64,000 nt of DNA from Camelus dromedarius. Lineage: Eukaryota. Below the pieces are notes generated by a model. The model did not search any database, was not told the origin of the DNA, and worked only from the letters and a program-made list of their open reading frames with translations. A program made the position numbers and the translations under genes. The stretch covers positions 39,186,001 through 39,250,000 of the forward strand of contig NC_087437.1 in the NCBI RefSeq assembly GCF_036321535.1. The letters run 5' to 3'. How positions within the stretch are numbered: the stretch's first letter is position 1; every line of letters starts with the position of its first letter. Shown here piece by piece: positions 41,253 to 53,168 of the stretch.

Positions 41253-41395
41253 GGTTGGAAGGACATAGCTCAAGCGCTAGAGCACATGCTTAGCATGCAC
41301 AACGTACTGGGTTCAACATCCAGTACCTCCTTTAAAAATGAATAAGCAAACTTAACTACCCCCACCCCCCCACCAATAAACAAAACAAAACAAAC
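41253..41395 (+). mobile_element. tRNA-derived SINE, camelid Vic-1-like
   Basis: A-box-like atagctcaagcgctagagc, B-box-like gggttcaacatcc, tRNA-Ala-like core gcatgcttagcatgc, C-rich then (CAAA)n tail; TSD aaacagcatag (41242-41252) / aaactgcatag (41396-41406). Confidence 0.85.
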
Positions 41396-42651
41396 AAACT
41401 GCATAGAGAATTTGAATTAAAGGCAATTATGCTTGGGAGTTTACCTTACTAGTAAGTGTTATTTTCGCAGAACAAACACACAATCCTTTAAAAACAAAAA
41501 TGCGCATGCTAAATTGGGCCAAATGCATCTAGAGAAAGATGTGAGTAAAATGGAAGCACTTCTAATTTTGCTTTTTTAGTCTGTGCTGTGGCCACCTCTG
41601 TTCAGTATTTGCTCCATTCCTGAAAGCAGTATTAGCGATCCCTAAAATCCAATAATCACAGACTAAATGGATCATGTGATTTTAGAATCGAAGTATATTT
41701 TAGGAAAATGATCAGATATAAGGATTCAAATTCACAAATTTGTTTTAAGGTAGAAATCAATAGCTTATTTGTGCAGCTAATTTAACAGATCTTTTATGTG
41801 TTTGCATTTCTATTATATGTTTTTTGTCCTACAACCAGAAATGCAACACTGTTCTTGCAAACATGATATTTAATTCTTGAAGAGACTGCAGTATGTCATT
41901 ACAGATGGATTGATAGCCTTGATGATATCATTGAACTCTTGTCATGCCTAACCTAGAAGACTTGCTATATGTCAGGCAATTTTTGTCATTCATCTTGCTT
42001 TTGAAAGGCCAAATTTATTTGCAACCTTGAATGACATTGGACACATGAAACAGCCTGAAACCTATCATGCAGTGAGTATTTTATAAAACTGCAATTTTAA
42101 ATCCTAAGTATTAACTTGGTTTTCAGAACCATCCTCAAAGCCAATGACTTTCAAAAGTTTTTACTTACGAACACTGATTTTTCAGTTGATAAAAATAATA
42201 TTATATTTTAATTTTTTTCTGAGTACTTGAGGTCACCAAATATGTACTGTGCTTTCTTATTTACTTATTAGAGAAAAGTAAAAAACAGAATTGGAAATAA
42301 ATGTTTATTTTTTTATTTATTGATGTCAATATGTAACTGACTACTGAACAAACACTAGTAATGAAATCTATCTTTTGGTTGGATTATTCAGCCAATTAAA
42401 AAAAAAATCTCAGATTGTACATGAATACAATAGGGTTGCATCAAAACGGTGTTTTAAGAGGAAAAAGCAAAGTTGTTTTTGAGTTTTCTGTGTGTAGAGC
42501 AAGAAATATGGTTTTTGTTACTATAAATTTATAATTCTATCCATATCAAAATGGAATTCATGTTCAATACAAATTAAACAAAAAATTGAGTGCTTTCTGT
42601 GATCAAGGCTTGAATTCTCAAGTATATCATAATAAAAGCACATGTTTAGTT

Positions 42652-42678
42652 AACAACAACAACAACAACAACAACAAC
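42652..42678. repeat. (AAC)9 microsatellite at the edge of a degraded MIR
   Basis: Read directly; followed by attatataatttaatcctcacaatagc (antisense MIR). Confidence 0.9.
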
Positions 42679-43469
42679 ACTATTTAAAGGGCTTATTTTA
42701 ATCTAGAAACTGTTAAGTATTTTAAATGCATTATATAATTTAATCCTCACAATAGCTGTAAAAAGTAATTACTTTTTTCCCTTGCTGTATAGATAACAAA
42801 ATTAACTATGAAGTCAGCATCCAATATTTCATAAAGGAGTTAGTTTACTCCTGTGCTCATTTGTGCCCTGGCAGATCAAGACTAAAGCTTGATAGAAAGC
42901 ACCATTACATTTGGAGTCGGGACCTGCCCAGGGAACTCAGATGCTTGTTACATGTAGTTGTCCTTAAAGGGTCTCCACTTAAGCCCTGACAGGAGATTCT
43001 GGATATAGACAGTGTGACATTCTCTCCTTTCATCAAATCTTCAGTACATAAGCATGGGTCTGGTTTTCACGAGAATATGTGATCTCCTGCATACCTTCTG
43101 CGGAGGGTATTCTAGAATGCTATCCTTATCATTTGAATGTGAAGATTTCTCCAGAGATCAGAAGCATTCACATGCATTGCCGCTTTCTCAACTATGGAGC
43201 ATGCAACTTGTTGGATGATATAGCCTTGGCCACGGGAAATGGACTGAATAAAATGCCAACATTCTGTATCACTGAGCAGCTTTAAGCTCTTTACAAAGCA
43301 GCTTAACAAGCAAAATCTTAAAGATTACTCGTCATTTTTAAAAAGCACACTACATATTCTAAAATTCAAGTGAACACAATGAAGTGATATAATGGTGCAC
43401 CACGGCAGAGAGCATGTAAAAGGGAAAGGAAGCCTTTTAGCCTTAACTTAGCAAATATGTTTTTTGCAC

Positions 43470-44460
43470 TTATTGTGCTGTTTTTCTGAAAGTATGCTCA
43501 CTGCAAAAAATCTGGGAAGCAGGCAGGTGCAGAGCAACAAAACAGAAACTATCCACAATCACTTCATTTAAAGATAAGCACTTTTAGTGTATTTGAGTAT
43601 GCCCTTGCATTTAAAAAAATGTTTGACAGGTAAGCAAATATGTGGGATTACCATTATATATGCATGTGTAAGTATACACACCCTTAGTCTTGACATTTGC
43701 AAAGGTAAATAAATCTTCTCCTGGAATATGATTGTTAATTATTTTATGGTGGTCTTTGATTGATATGTATTATAATTTGCATACTACTATTTGATACTTA
43801 GTTTCTATTTTACCTCCTCTGGTATTAAAAATACATAAAACATTATGGGCACTTGTCATTATCTCCTTAGTGTCTATTCTTGAAAGTAGAATTGCTGGGT
43901 GGAAAAGTCTATGTGTATTCTGATTTTTGTAGACACGTGAATCTCAGAAACTATTTCTTAGTTTGTGCTCTTAGTAGCAAAGTATGGTACAAACCTTTCA
44001 TCACACCCTTATAGTCCTTGCACAGTAGCATTGATTTTAATCTTTGTAAACCTGATAGAGAATTAGTATTAACTTTATTTTCATTTTAATTTCTTTGATT
44101 AACAATTAGGTTCAAATATTTAACATTTATTGGATATTCGTATTTCTGATTTTTTTCCAATTGATTTCATGCCATAAGACCAAATTTCTGTTTGGGAGAG
44201 TTTACCTTTTCCTTTTGATTTATTGCTAACTTTTTATATATTAATGATTTCTGCCTTTTTTGCCTTTTACGTGTCGATGTTGTTTGCTTTATTTGTTATT
44301 TGTCTTTTAATTTTGGTCTCTCAGAGTGGGAGATTTTAAAGTTTATGAAACAATCTATTAGCTTCTTTCATTTATGTTTTTTACTACTGGTGTTATTTTA
44401 GAGACAAAAACATTAAACATATTTGTAAAATATCTTTAGCTGTTTCTTTTTTTTTTTTCT
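43470..44460 (-). mobile_element. Highly degraded old L1 (L1ME-like)
   Basis: aagtagaattgctgggt, ttttaatttctttgatt, catttattggatattcgtatttc are typical antisense L1 motifs. Confidence 0.55.
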
Positions 44461-45767
44461 TGCTACTCAAATTCTTCTTGAGCAGAAGAAAGAGATTTAA
44501 GTCCTTTTAATGTTATTTTTATATATTAATCATTTTGACCAACAGAACCTTTAATTGTCTTTTATTTCTTAACTCTTGCTAATGTATAGGTCTCATCTTA
44601 TCAGTTTGATTATGAGTTTTCTGAAGGGCCAAGTTTAGTTTGACATTTGTTACTTTGTGCACAACTGTTAGCATTTAAGGTAAATAGACACATGTGGAAA
44701 GGGGTCCTTTCACATGATATTTATTATCTTCATATTTCAGCATCAAAACTAGGTATCTTCAGTGACAGTTTTCTTTCATATTATCTCCCAGAGATATATT
44801 TATTCACATTCTTTAGAAGTAAAAGACCTTGCCTTCAACTCCCCTGTAATCAGATGCTAACAGTCTAGGGAAGGGATTTTCAAATATTTTTAGTAGCAAA
44901 AATAAGCACTTTATTCAAACAGACTTTAAGTCGAGAGCTTCCCAATATAAAATCAATGAAAGCAGTTTTTCGCTTCTTGAGTTAGAGGTGATCTGCTAGG
45001 GGTGGGGGGTCCTTCTCTTCATCCAGCCTCTCCATGTCTATCCTGATCTTCCCTGAGAGAGATCTGTGAATTTGGGATTAGGGATTTGAAGCCACATCTT
45101 TCAGACTAGGAAGGGTAAAGCCAGATGCCTTCAGATCCAGTCAAATAAAATAAACGAGATTGCTCAGCGAGAAGGAATAGATTATGGGAAAGACTGTGGT
45201 GAACTGGGAAAACACTTAGAAAGGATGGGTTTGGTCCAAAAGCATAAATTATTCTCCAAAGCCCTGTTCAGAGCTATGCAAACCAGCATTATTTTCCTTT
45301 TAAAAATTCTAGATTTATTTCAGGTAAAACCAGGTAGAGGCAATTTGGGCCATATTGATTTAGCTTTCAATTGAAGTAATTTTGCCATCATATGCTGCTC
45401 CATTAGGTCTCACCTTTTAAAAGTACAGGTCAATATTAGTCAAAAATTGATGTAGAACATGTTGGCATTTTTGGAAAAACCTCTGTTGAAGACTTTGTCA
45501 TTGTTTCATCCAATGATTCTTATGTTCAAATTTCCATAAGAGTTTAATGCCAGCAAAAATCTGTCCCTCCTCAAAAACAAATACTTCCTTTCGAACAGTC
45601 ACTGAAAATTATGTAATCCATGGTTTTATTCTTTTTTTTACTGTCTGTTAGACATCTCAGACTTATTTTTTAAAGTAATGATGGCACAGGTAATATTACA
45701 ACCCAAACTAAAACTTTAAAAGACATAACTCTACCACTGTTAGGTCAAATTGATAAAGGATAAAGAA

Positions 45768-46455
45768 TGTGCGGCGAGAGGATGGCTGTATTCCAGGTCT
45801 CAGTTGAATCCCTTGGATGTGCCCCACTAGCCAAGTGTTGGTCCTTGGCTTTGCGCAGGAGAGAATTCAAGAGTGAGCCATGGTTGAGTAAAGGGGGATT
45901 TATTCAGTGAGATACATACTCCATAGACAGAGTGCAGGCTGTTTTAGAAGGGAAGAGAAAAGCCAAAAGGTGTGGGGGCTAAGTGCTCAGTTTAAAAGGT
46001 ATACACTTTATAGGCAGAGTGTGGGCCATCTCCGAAGGTGAGGGAGGGAAAGGCCTGGGTCATGGGCGGGGGGTGTTTAAAGTAGTTACACAATCCATAG
46101 ACAGAGTGCAGTCCAACAGACTCAGCCGGGAGAGCAGCCATGAGGCTCAGTGTTACTAGTATTTTATGGGCTCAGTAACTTCATATGCTAACAGTGGGAG
46201 GATTATTCCAACTACTTTGAGGAAGGGGTTGGGAATTCCTAGGAACTGGGTCATCGCCCACCCTTTGACCTTTTATGGTCAACCCTAAGACTGGCATGGC
46301 GCCTGTGGGAGTACCATTTAGCGTGCAGCTGTATTTCAATGAGTGTATATTAACCAATTTACTCAAGCGCAAGGTCTGCTGGGAGTTGAATTTTACACCG
46401 TCTTGATGTATCATGCTTTTAGTGACTGTGCCCTGCCCCCTTCCCTCCTGTCTCA
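45768..46455 (-). mobile_element. Solo LTR, ERV1 class, 688 bp, with internal repeats
   Basis: TG...CA termini (minus starts TGAGACAGGAGGGAAGGGGGCAGGGCACAG); gaattcaagagtgagcca motif typical of ERV1 LTRs; tttatt (AATAAA on minus) near 45900; TSD agaa/agat. Confidence 0.8.
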
Positions 46456-47559
46456 AGATTATGTACTTTTTAAATCTTTCTAAGCTTTCTCCATAAGAAT
46501 AGATGGCTTCTATAGTTGCAACTAAAACATAGAAACAATGCAACTAACAGTTTTCCATATTGCTTTCCAGCCATCACAATTACAACTTGTAAGGACTGCA
46601 TTAAAGCGCTCCATTTAATTTACTTAATTATTTCCATGTTGATGAACATTTAAGTTGTAATAAATGTTTTGCTTAATATATATATGACTTTCAGGATTTT
46701 TTTAATGGCCATACCTTTTTGCTTATTCAACATTATGTTAATGATTCCATCAGTTCCTTATAAGGTCTGCATGATATTATGTATGAAAAGGTGACTAACA
46801 GTCAAATTCCATTGGAATATATTTTTGGATGAATTCTTAAGAGTGGAATCACAGGACCCTTGATATCTAACCTATTCCAACATATCTCCTTTTTTGTTTT
46901 CCAGCAAATTAAGCTTTAGAGAATAATATCCAAACTTGTATGTAAACTTGTACCCAAATATTCTTTAGGAAGTCAGTGTTCACGGGCCTTTCTCTCTGTA
47001 ATAGACTGCAACACGAAGCTCAGGACCTATTTAGAGTCTTGTCCTCTTTGTTAATCATTTCATGAATTCCTGGCTTACTGGCTGAGTCAAGCTGTAAGAA
47101 AAATAAACAAGCACATAATATCTCAGTTAACGGAGTTTTCTTTGGACTAAAATAAGGAAAAGTAAGGAGGATCAAGAAACAGTGTAAATAGGCATTCTTT
47201 TACTGGCTACAATGGTCTAAATAGTAGCAGACCAATTCTCTTGCCGAGAACAACTAGAAAAGTTTCATGTAACATAAAAAGAAAAATCAGTCATCTGAAG
47301 GTATCAGAGAATATCATGGCATCCAGGAACATCAGTGAGGATTTTCCCCTTGCGGGACTGATTCATAAGTGACATAGTAGGAAATGCCGGAAGATAAGAA
47401 AACTGCTGCTAATAAGAAGAAAAGGGCAATCGTCATTCTCACTGGGCTGGGAAGGTGTGAATTGGAATTCAGAGCCATCATGGAAGCCAAAGTTTCAGGA
47501 ATCAAGCTACTGGAGAGAGGGAATACCAGAGTTGAGTAACAGAAAAGCCACGGCAAGGA

Positions 47560-48125
47560 TGTGATCAGAAAAAAAAAGTATTATAAAGATTATTAATTAG
47601 AAACTGGAGATACAGTATTAAGAAGGGTTAAGAGAATGTTAAAGAATATAGGAATAGCAGATGTAGGGAACAGCCACTATGTCTAGGAGAGTACCCAAGA
47701 AAGGAACAAACTTAGAAGCATTCTTCCAATCTTCCACCAAGTTGAAATTCAGAGCTCATTGAAGAACTTGTAGCATAAAAGTTTGCCAAGGGGCTGCTGC
47801 CCAGGGATGGTGGGCAGGAACCTGCCCACTGGGTTAGCAGTGAGACTCACTGGGAAGCTGCCTGCTGGAGCATGGGTGAGACCCGCTGGCGGGGTTGCTG
47901 CTTGCTGACAGATAAGCTTCCCACTGACAAGGAAGCACCGTGCTGGCAGCCACAGTGAACATACCTGCAAAACGGAAAGCACTGGAACCAAACTGATAAG
48001 TCCTTTCTCTTGCAGTGTTTCTCCAGTGACCTCTATTAAGAAGGCTTACCATTGTACCAGCTGGCAAAGCAGAAAGGTTTACAGAGTGCAGTTTCAATAT
48101 CATAAAGAAAGTAAATAAAGAATGG
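47560..48125 (-). mobile_element. Old ERVL-type LTR fragment (LTR41/LTR50-like) nested in L1
   Basis: cttgcagtgtttctccagtgacctcta...ccagctggcaaagcagaaaggtttacag resembles recalled ERVL LTR consensus; family and strand uncertain. Confidence 0.4.
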
Positions 48126-48809
48126 ATTTATAAAAATGAGAAAATTGATGACAAGATGGAAAATTTCACTTAAGACGTAGAATTTATAAAAAGAATCAAC
48201 TGTATATAGTAGAAATGAAAAAGAAAATAACTTTAGTGGGGAAAGCAGTAGATGGAATTAATGGTATTTCATAAACAGTTGTTTGTAGAATTAATAACCT
48301 GAAAGACAGATTAGTGGACTATATCTAGGTGAAAGCAAACAAAGAAAAAAAAGGTAATAAATCAAAACAGAAAGTAGCATAAGATGAATGATGTAGAGGT
48401 CAAAGGTCTCAGAAACGTGTATTATGCAATACTAGAAAGAGGAGAGGGAAATGAGCAAAAGCAGTATTTGAACATATAATGGTGAGAACAGTTTCTCCAA
48501 AACTGAATGAGAGACATTAAATCACAGAATTGTGCTGCGTCACAAACTCCAAGGAGGGAAAACTACAAAAAAAAAAAAAAAAGAAAAAGAAAAGCCCACA
48601 CACTTTAAAGCATATCATAGTAAAACATACCAGAAACAGGACAAAAAGAAAATGTTAAAAGCAGACAGAGAAAAACAATCATATTACATTCAAAAGGAAA
48701 TGTAAATGATACTGGAATGTCATGTTTGAAGTGCTCACAGAGAAGAACTGTCAAGCTACAATTCTATTCTACTGAAGATAGTTTTCAAAACTGAAGGTAT
48801 GATACATGG

Positions 48810-49510
48810 GGAAGAGGCAAGTCTGTGCAGATGAGTTCCAAATCATTTATGCATAGACCCCGCCCTTGAAGAGGGAGAAGTATAACTCCACTCCTTAAAT
48901 GTCAGCTGTGCATAATGACTTTATTCCAAGGAGTACAGTATAGAAAGGGGGAAGAATGAGAGTAAACTTAAGAGTAAAAACACCTGCCAAACACTATGTT
49001 AGCCTGGGGCTCAAGGTCGACATCAGCAGGGCTAAGTCATATGCTGATAGTACGTACCCTTGATAGGATGTCACGAAAATGGCACTTCTGTGGTCTTCCT
49101 CCTCAGAACACATAATCCCAGTCTAATAATAAGATAAATATCTTAAAAATCCAAATTGAGAGACATCCTATAAAATGCCTGACTAGTACTTCTCAAAAGC
49201 GTCAAGGTTATCAAAAGCGAGGGAAGTCTGAGAGAGTGTCACAGCCAAGAGGAACCTAAACATGACAACTAAATACACTGTGATCCCCTGGGAAGGGAAA
49301 ACTAAGAAAGTCTGAATAAAGTATGGACTTTAGTTAATAATAACGTATCAATATTGGCTCATTAATTATAACAAATGTACCATACTATTGCAAGGTATTT
49401 ATAAGAGTGGAATATGGAATAAATGGGATATATGGAAACTCTGTACTATCTTTGCAACTTTTCTGTAAATCTAAAAATGTTCTAAAATTTTTAAAGTTTA
49501 TTTTTAAATT
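48810..49510 (+). mobile_element. L1MC-like 3' end nested in the older L1
   Basis: tctgaataaagtatggactttagttaataataacgtatcaatattgg...atatggaaactctgtactatctttgcaacttttctgtaaatctaaaa is a characteristic L1MC 3' UTR. Confidence 0.8.
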
Positions 49511-52500
49511 ATGGTGAAAAATGTTATTTCCTAACGAATAAAATCTGAAAAAAATTGTTGCTAGCAGATCCCTGTGAAAAGAAACACTAAACGCAGTTTT
49601 CATGCAGAGAAAACGTTGGTTGAAAAAGAAGCTCATAAATCCAGGAAGCAATGATGAATACCAGAAAAGGCAAATGTGGATAAAGCTAAATTGTTATTGA
49701 CTATATAAAATAATAACAATAAAGGCTTATGAGTTCTAAATATCTGAAGTTAAAATGCATGATAATGATAATATAAAAAGCAGGAAAAGCATACAGAGAA
49801 TTAAAGTATAAGTTTCTAGCATTGTCAGGGAAGTGGCTGAAGTACTAATTTATATAAGAGTTTAATAATAGATGTCATAATATCTAGAGTAACCACTAAA
49901 AGAATAATAAAGGAGTCTATGCTGACAACCTAATAAAGAGTGCACATAGAACACTAAAAATAATACATTTAAAAGGATGTAAAAGTGAAAGGTAAAAGTA
50001 ACATAAAATATAAGGAAATTTAGAAATATAATAAAATGTTAAATTTAATCCAAATATGTTAGTAATTACATTAAATGTCAATGATACAATACGACAGTTT
50101 AGAGATGTTAGAATGTTTGAATTAACACATATAGATATAGATACATGTATATAGTTTCTCAAATATATGAATACAAAAAAGGGTAAAAGTAAAATTTAGA
50201 AAATGAAATGTCATACAAACACAAACCAAAAGAAAACTGACATAACTACTAATATCATAAAACCTCAATTTTCTTGCAAGATGTTTGATCCTGTCCACAC
50301 TGTCCATAAGCATATTTGGTCCATGCCAGATGGTTTTGGACAAGACCAAGTATCTGGGACCTTTCACCAAGTACCAGATGTCTAATGGAAGTTATGGACA
50401 GGACCAAATATCAAGAATTTTTGGGCATAGACAAAATGACTTAGGGACATTTTAGACAGGGCCATATTTGCTAACCTCTCAAGTTTACTGAAAGAAAAGT
50501 AGCTAGATATAAAGAGGAACCTTTTATGACAACAAAGGGTTAATCTTTTGGAAGTTGTGGCAATTCTAAACTTGTATGCCACTCAGCACTTGAAAATATA
50601 TAGAACAAAAATTGCAGTTATTAAAGGACAAATTTAAAATCAGAGAGAATTTACTATGCCTCTCTCACTAACTGATACATAACAAGTACGTAAAAATTTT
50701 TCAAGGATATAAAGATATGAGAAACATGAAAACATGAAAAATGCAGGAAAAAAATCTTTTTCATGAATACAGTCACAAAAATCCTAAACAAACTATTAGC
50801 TAACTGAATCCAGGAATATTGAAAAAGTGCAGTGTATCATTACTGGCTTTATTTCAGGGGTGCAGAAAATTCATTGTTATTCATCACATTAGCAGGATTA
50901 ACAAGGAAAACCATATAATTATCCTTACAGATTCAGAAAAGGCAGTAAATAAAACAACACCTATTTATGAAACAAATACTTAGGAAACTAGAAGTAGAAA
51001 GAAACATTCTTAATCTGATAAGGCTAATCTATTAAAAAAAACAAACCTACAGAACACATCATACCTACAGTGAAATGTTAAAAACTATCCTTTCAAATTC
51101 AGAGCGATACAAGCATAATCACTGCCACCATTTCTATTTAACATTCTATTCGACCCACTAGTAAAAGAAGCAATATTTTAAGCACTGGGCAAAAGGACAA
51201 AATATTTGAACAAGCACTTCAAGAAGATATTATCCAAATGGCCAATAAATGAAAAAAGGTGCTTAACCTAATTAATCATCAGGAATATGCAAATTAAAAT
51301 CACAATGTGATACTATTATACACTCCCCAGAAGAGATAAAACAAAAAACAAAACAAAACAGAACAGAATATCCCAAACATTGGCAAGGGTGAGTAGCATC
51401 TGTTCTCTAATACACCTCTGGTGGGAGTGTAAATTAGAATAACCTCTTTAGAAGACTGTTTGGCTGTAACTGCTAAAGCAGGACTTACACATTTTAACCC
51501 AACTCCAGTCCTAGATACATTACCCAACAGAAATGTATATATAAGTTCATTGAAGGCATGTATAAGAATGTTCATAGCAACATTCTTTACAATAACTGAA
51601 AATAGCTTAAGTCCCATCAGCTGTCAAATGGATAAATAAAAAGTGTGGTATATTCATACGTATGAATAATATGCAGGAATAAGAATGAACAAACTACAAG
51701 TCCAGTCTCATAATCTCATAAACAGAATATTTGACAAAAGAAGCCTGACACACAAAAATGCGCATTTGATGATGATTCTACTTATATGTAGTTCAAAAAG
51801 GCAAAGCTAATTGATAGCGTTAAAGATTGGGATGGTGGTTACCTTCAGCTAAGCAGGGTGCCAACCATGGTCTGTTTCTTGGGGTTTCATTGCTATATCT
51901 TATTTCTGAAACCTCATCAAACTGTATCCTTAAGACTTATATATTTTTTCATGTGTATGATTCATGTCCATGAAAAATTAACTAAAAACAAACTAAAGCA
52001 TTCTCAACAGTGCACAGCACTTCTATTCAGTTGAGGTGCCCTGTGGCTCACTCTGCCTGGTACCTCGTCATCTCTCAGCATCAGCTCTCTGCACTCCTGG
52101 TTCCCCAGTTATGGGGACTCAGCTCCTCTTTGTCAGTGTTTCTACTTTGTCAGCTTCTTCGGCTGTTCCCGACTAACTCACTCTCCCTCCCTCTCTGTCT
52201 CTCTCTTCTTCACTCTCCCATCCTCACTTGCCCCTTCCCACTTCCTCTCTGTCCTCTCCACCTTGTCTCTCTCCAGCCGCACTCATCTCAGGAAACAAAT
52301 ACTATTGTTGGCTAGTAGCATGCAGTAGAAGTGGCTACTTTGAGCAGAACAGGCCACTCACTGTCAAACCTACAGTTGGGTGGGAATGTCTCTCAGTTGG
52401 AAGCTGGATGGGGGTGTACATAAAACTGAGTCCTATCTGTAAAGATGCTTTGTGGCCACAGGTTAAAAAGTGGGCTGTGGACTCATCCAGCATATGGATG

Positions 52501-53045
52501 CAACCAAATCACACTTCTGCTTAGTCCTCAACCCCAGCTGGATTTTAACCATTGGAAACCATGAAACTACCCTTTTACATTTCTCACACTTTCTTGCACA
52601 ATGCCAAATATATAGTGGTTTGTGCTCAGTAATTATTTACCTGAGAAGCCAGTGACCACATATTTAATGGATAAAAAGGTGATCTGGTGATCTGACTTCT
52701 ATTTCACCACTCTTTTTTCAATCTTACCCTCAGATGATGACTCGGATGTGGAATTTGTGGATCTGTACCGTAAGCCCCCAAATTCCAAATTCCTTAAGAC
52801 TAGGCAACTCCTTAGTCTACTATTCAAAAATATTTCAAAACCAAAGATTATGACCTGTCTTTTTCTTTTTCTTCAAAATTAGAGTGTGTTAGCTCTAATT
52901 AGAATAAGATTGTATAGTTTTATCTTGTTTCATCTGAGGTCAAAAAAATGATGTCACTCTGGGATGGTACATTTTTAGGAACACCAATGAAGTCTTTCTG
53001 TATTTAGTTCTAGGAAGCTAATTCTGTTTACATATTCAATTGCAG

Positions 53046-53168
53046 ATATAAATGAGTGCACCATTGACAATGGTAGCTGTCAGGACCAATGCTGTAATAC
53101 AATTGGCAGTTATTACTGCAAGTGTTAAGCTGGCCAGAAGCTGGAGGAAGATGGCAGAGGATGTGAAG
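53046..53168 (+). pseudogene. EGFEM1: Internal coding exon for a calcium-binding EGF-like domain of EGF-like and EMI domain-containing 1, with an in-frame stop
   Basis: Seen: acceptor ttgcag|AT at 53045/53046, candidate branch point CTAAT at 53018-53022, donor GAAG|gtaaca at 53168/53169; 123 nt, phase 1-1. Translation (D)[39 protein letters not shown] fits the cbEGF consensus (D-x-N-E-C, C-x-N-x-x-G-S-Y-x-C-x-C). TAA at 53126-53128 is in frame. The gene name comes from my recollection of mouse Egfem1 ([35 protein letters not shown]), not a search. Confidence 0.85.

Larger units (their letters stand above)
47195..51990 (+). mobile_element. Long fragmented old L1 (5' region, ORF1/ORF2 remnants, 3' end) with nested insertions
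   Basis: A-rich; L1 motifs catatcatagtaaaac, aaaatcctaaacaaactattagctaactgaatccag, gattcagaaaaggca, caaatggccaataa, atgcaaattaaaatcacaatgtgatac, aatgttcatagcaacatt; no open frame. Confidence 0.75.

Noticed and set aside
41253..41330. tRNA-Ala gene
   Set aside because: Degenerate stems, SINE body, A-rich tail and TSD indicate a SINE.
41900..42080. Possible exon ending at a ca|gtgagt donor
   Set aside because: No recognisable EGF/EMI reading frame or convincing acceptor.
47868..47885. catgggtgagacc resembling part of the miR-551b 5' arm
   Set aside because: Short match inside an LTR-like fragment, with no 3' arm or hairpin.
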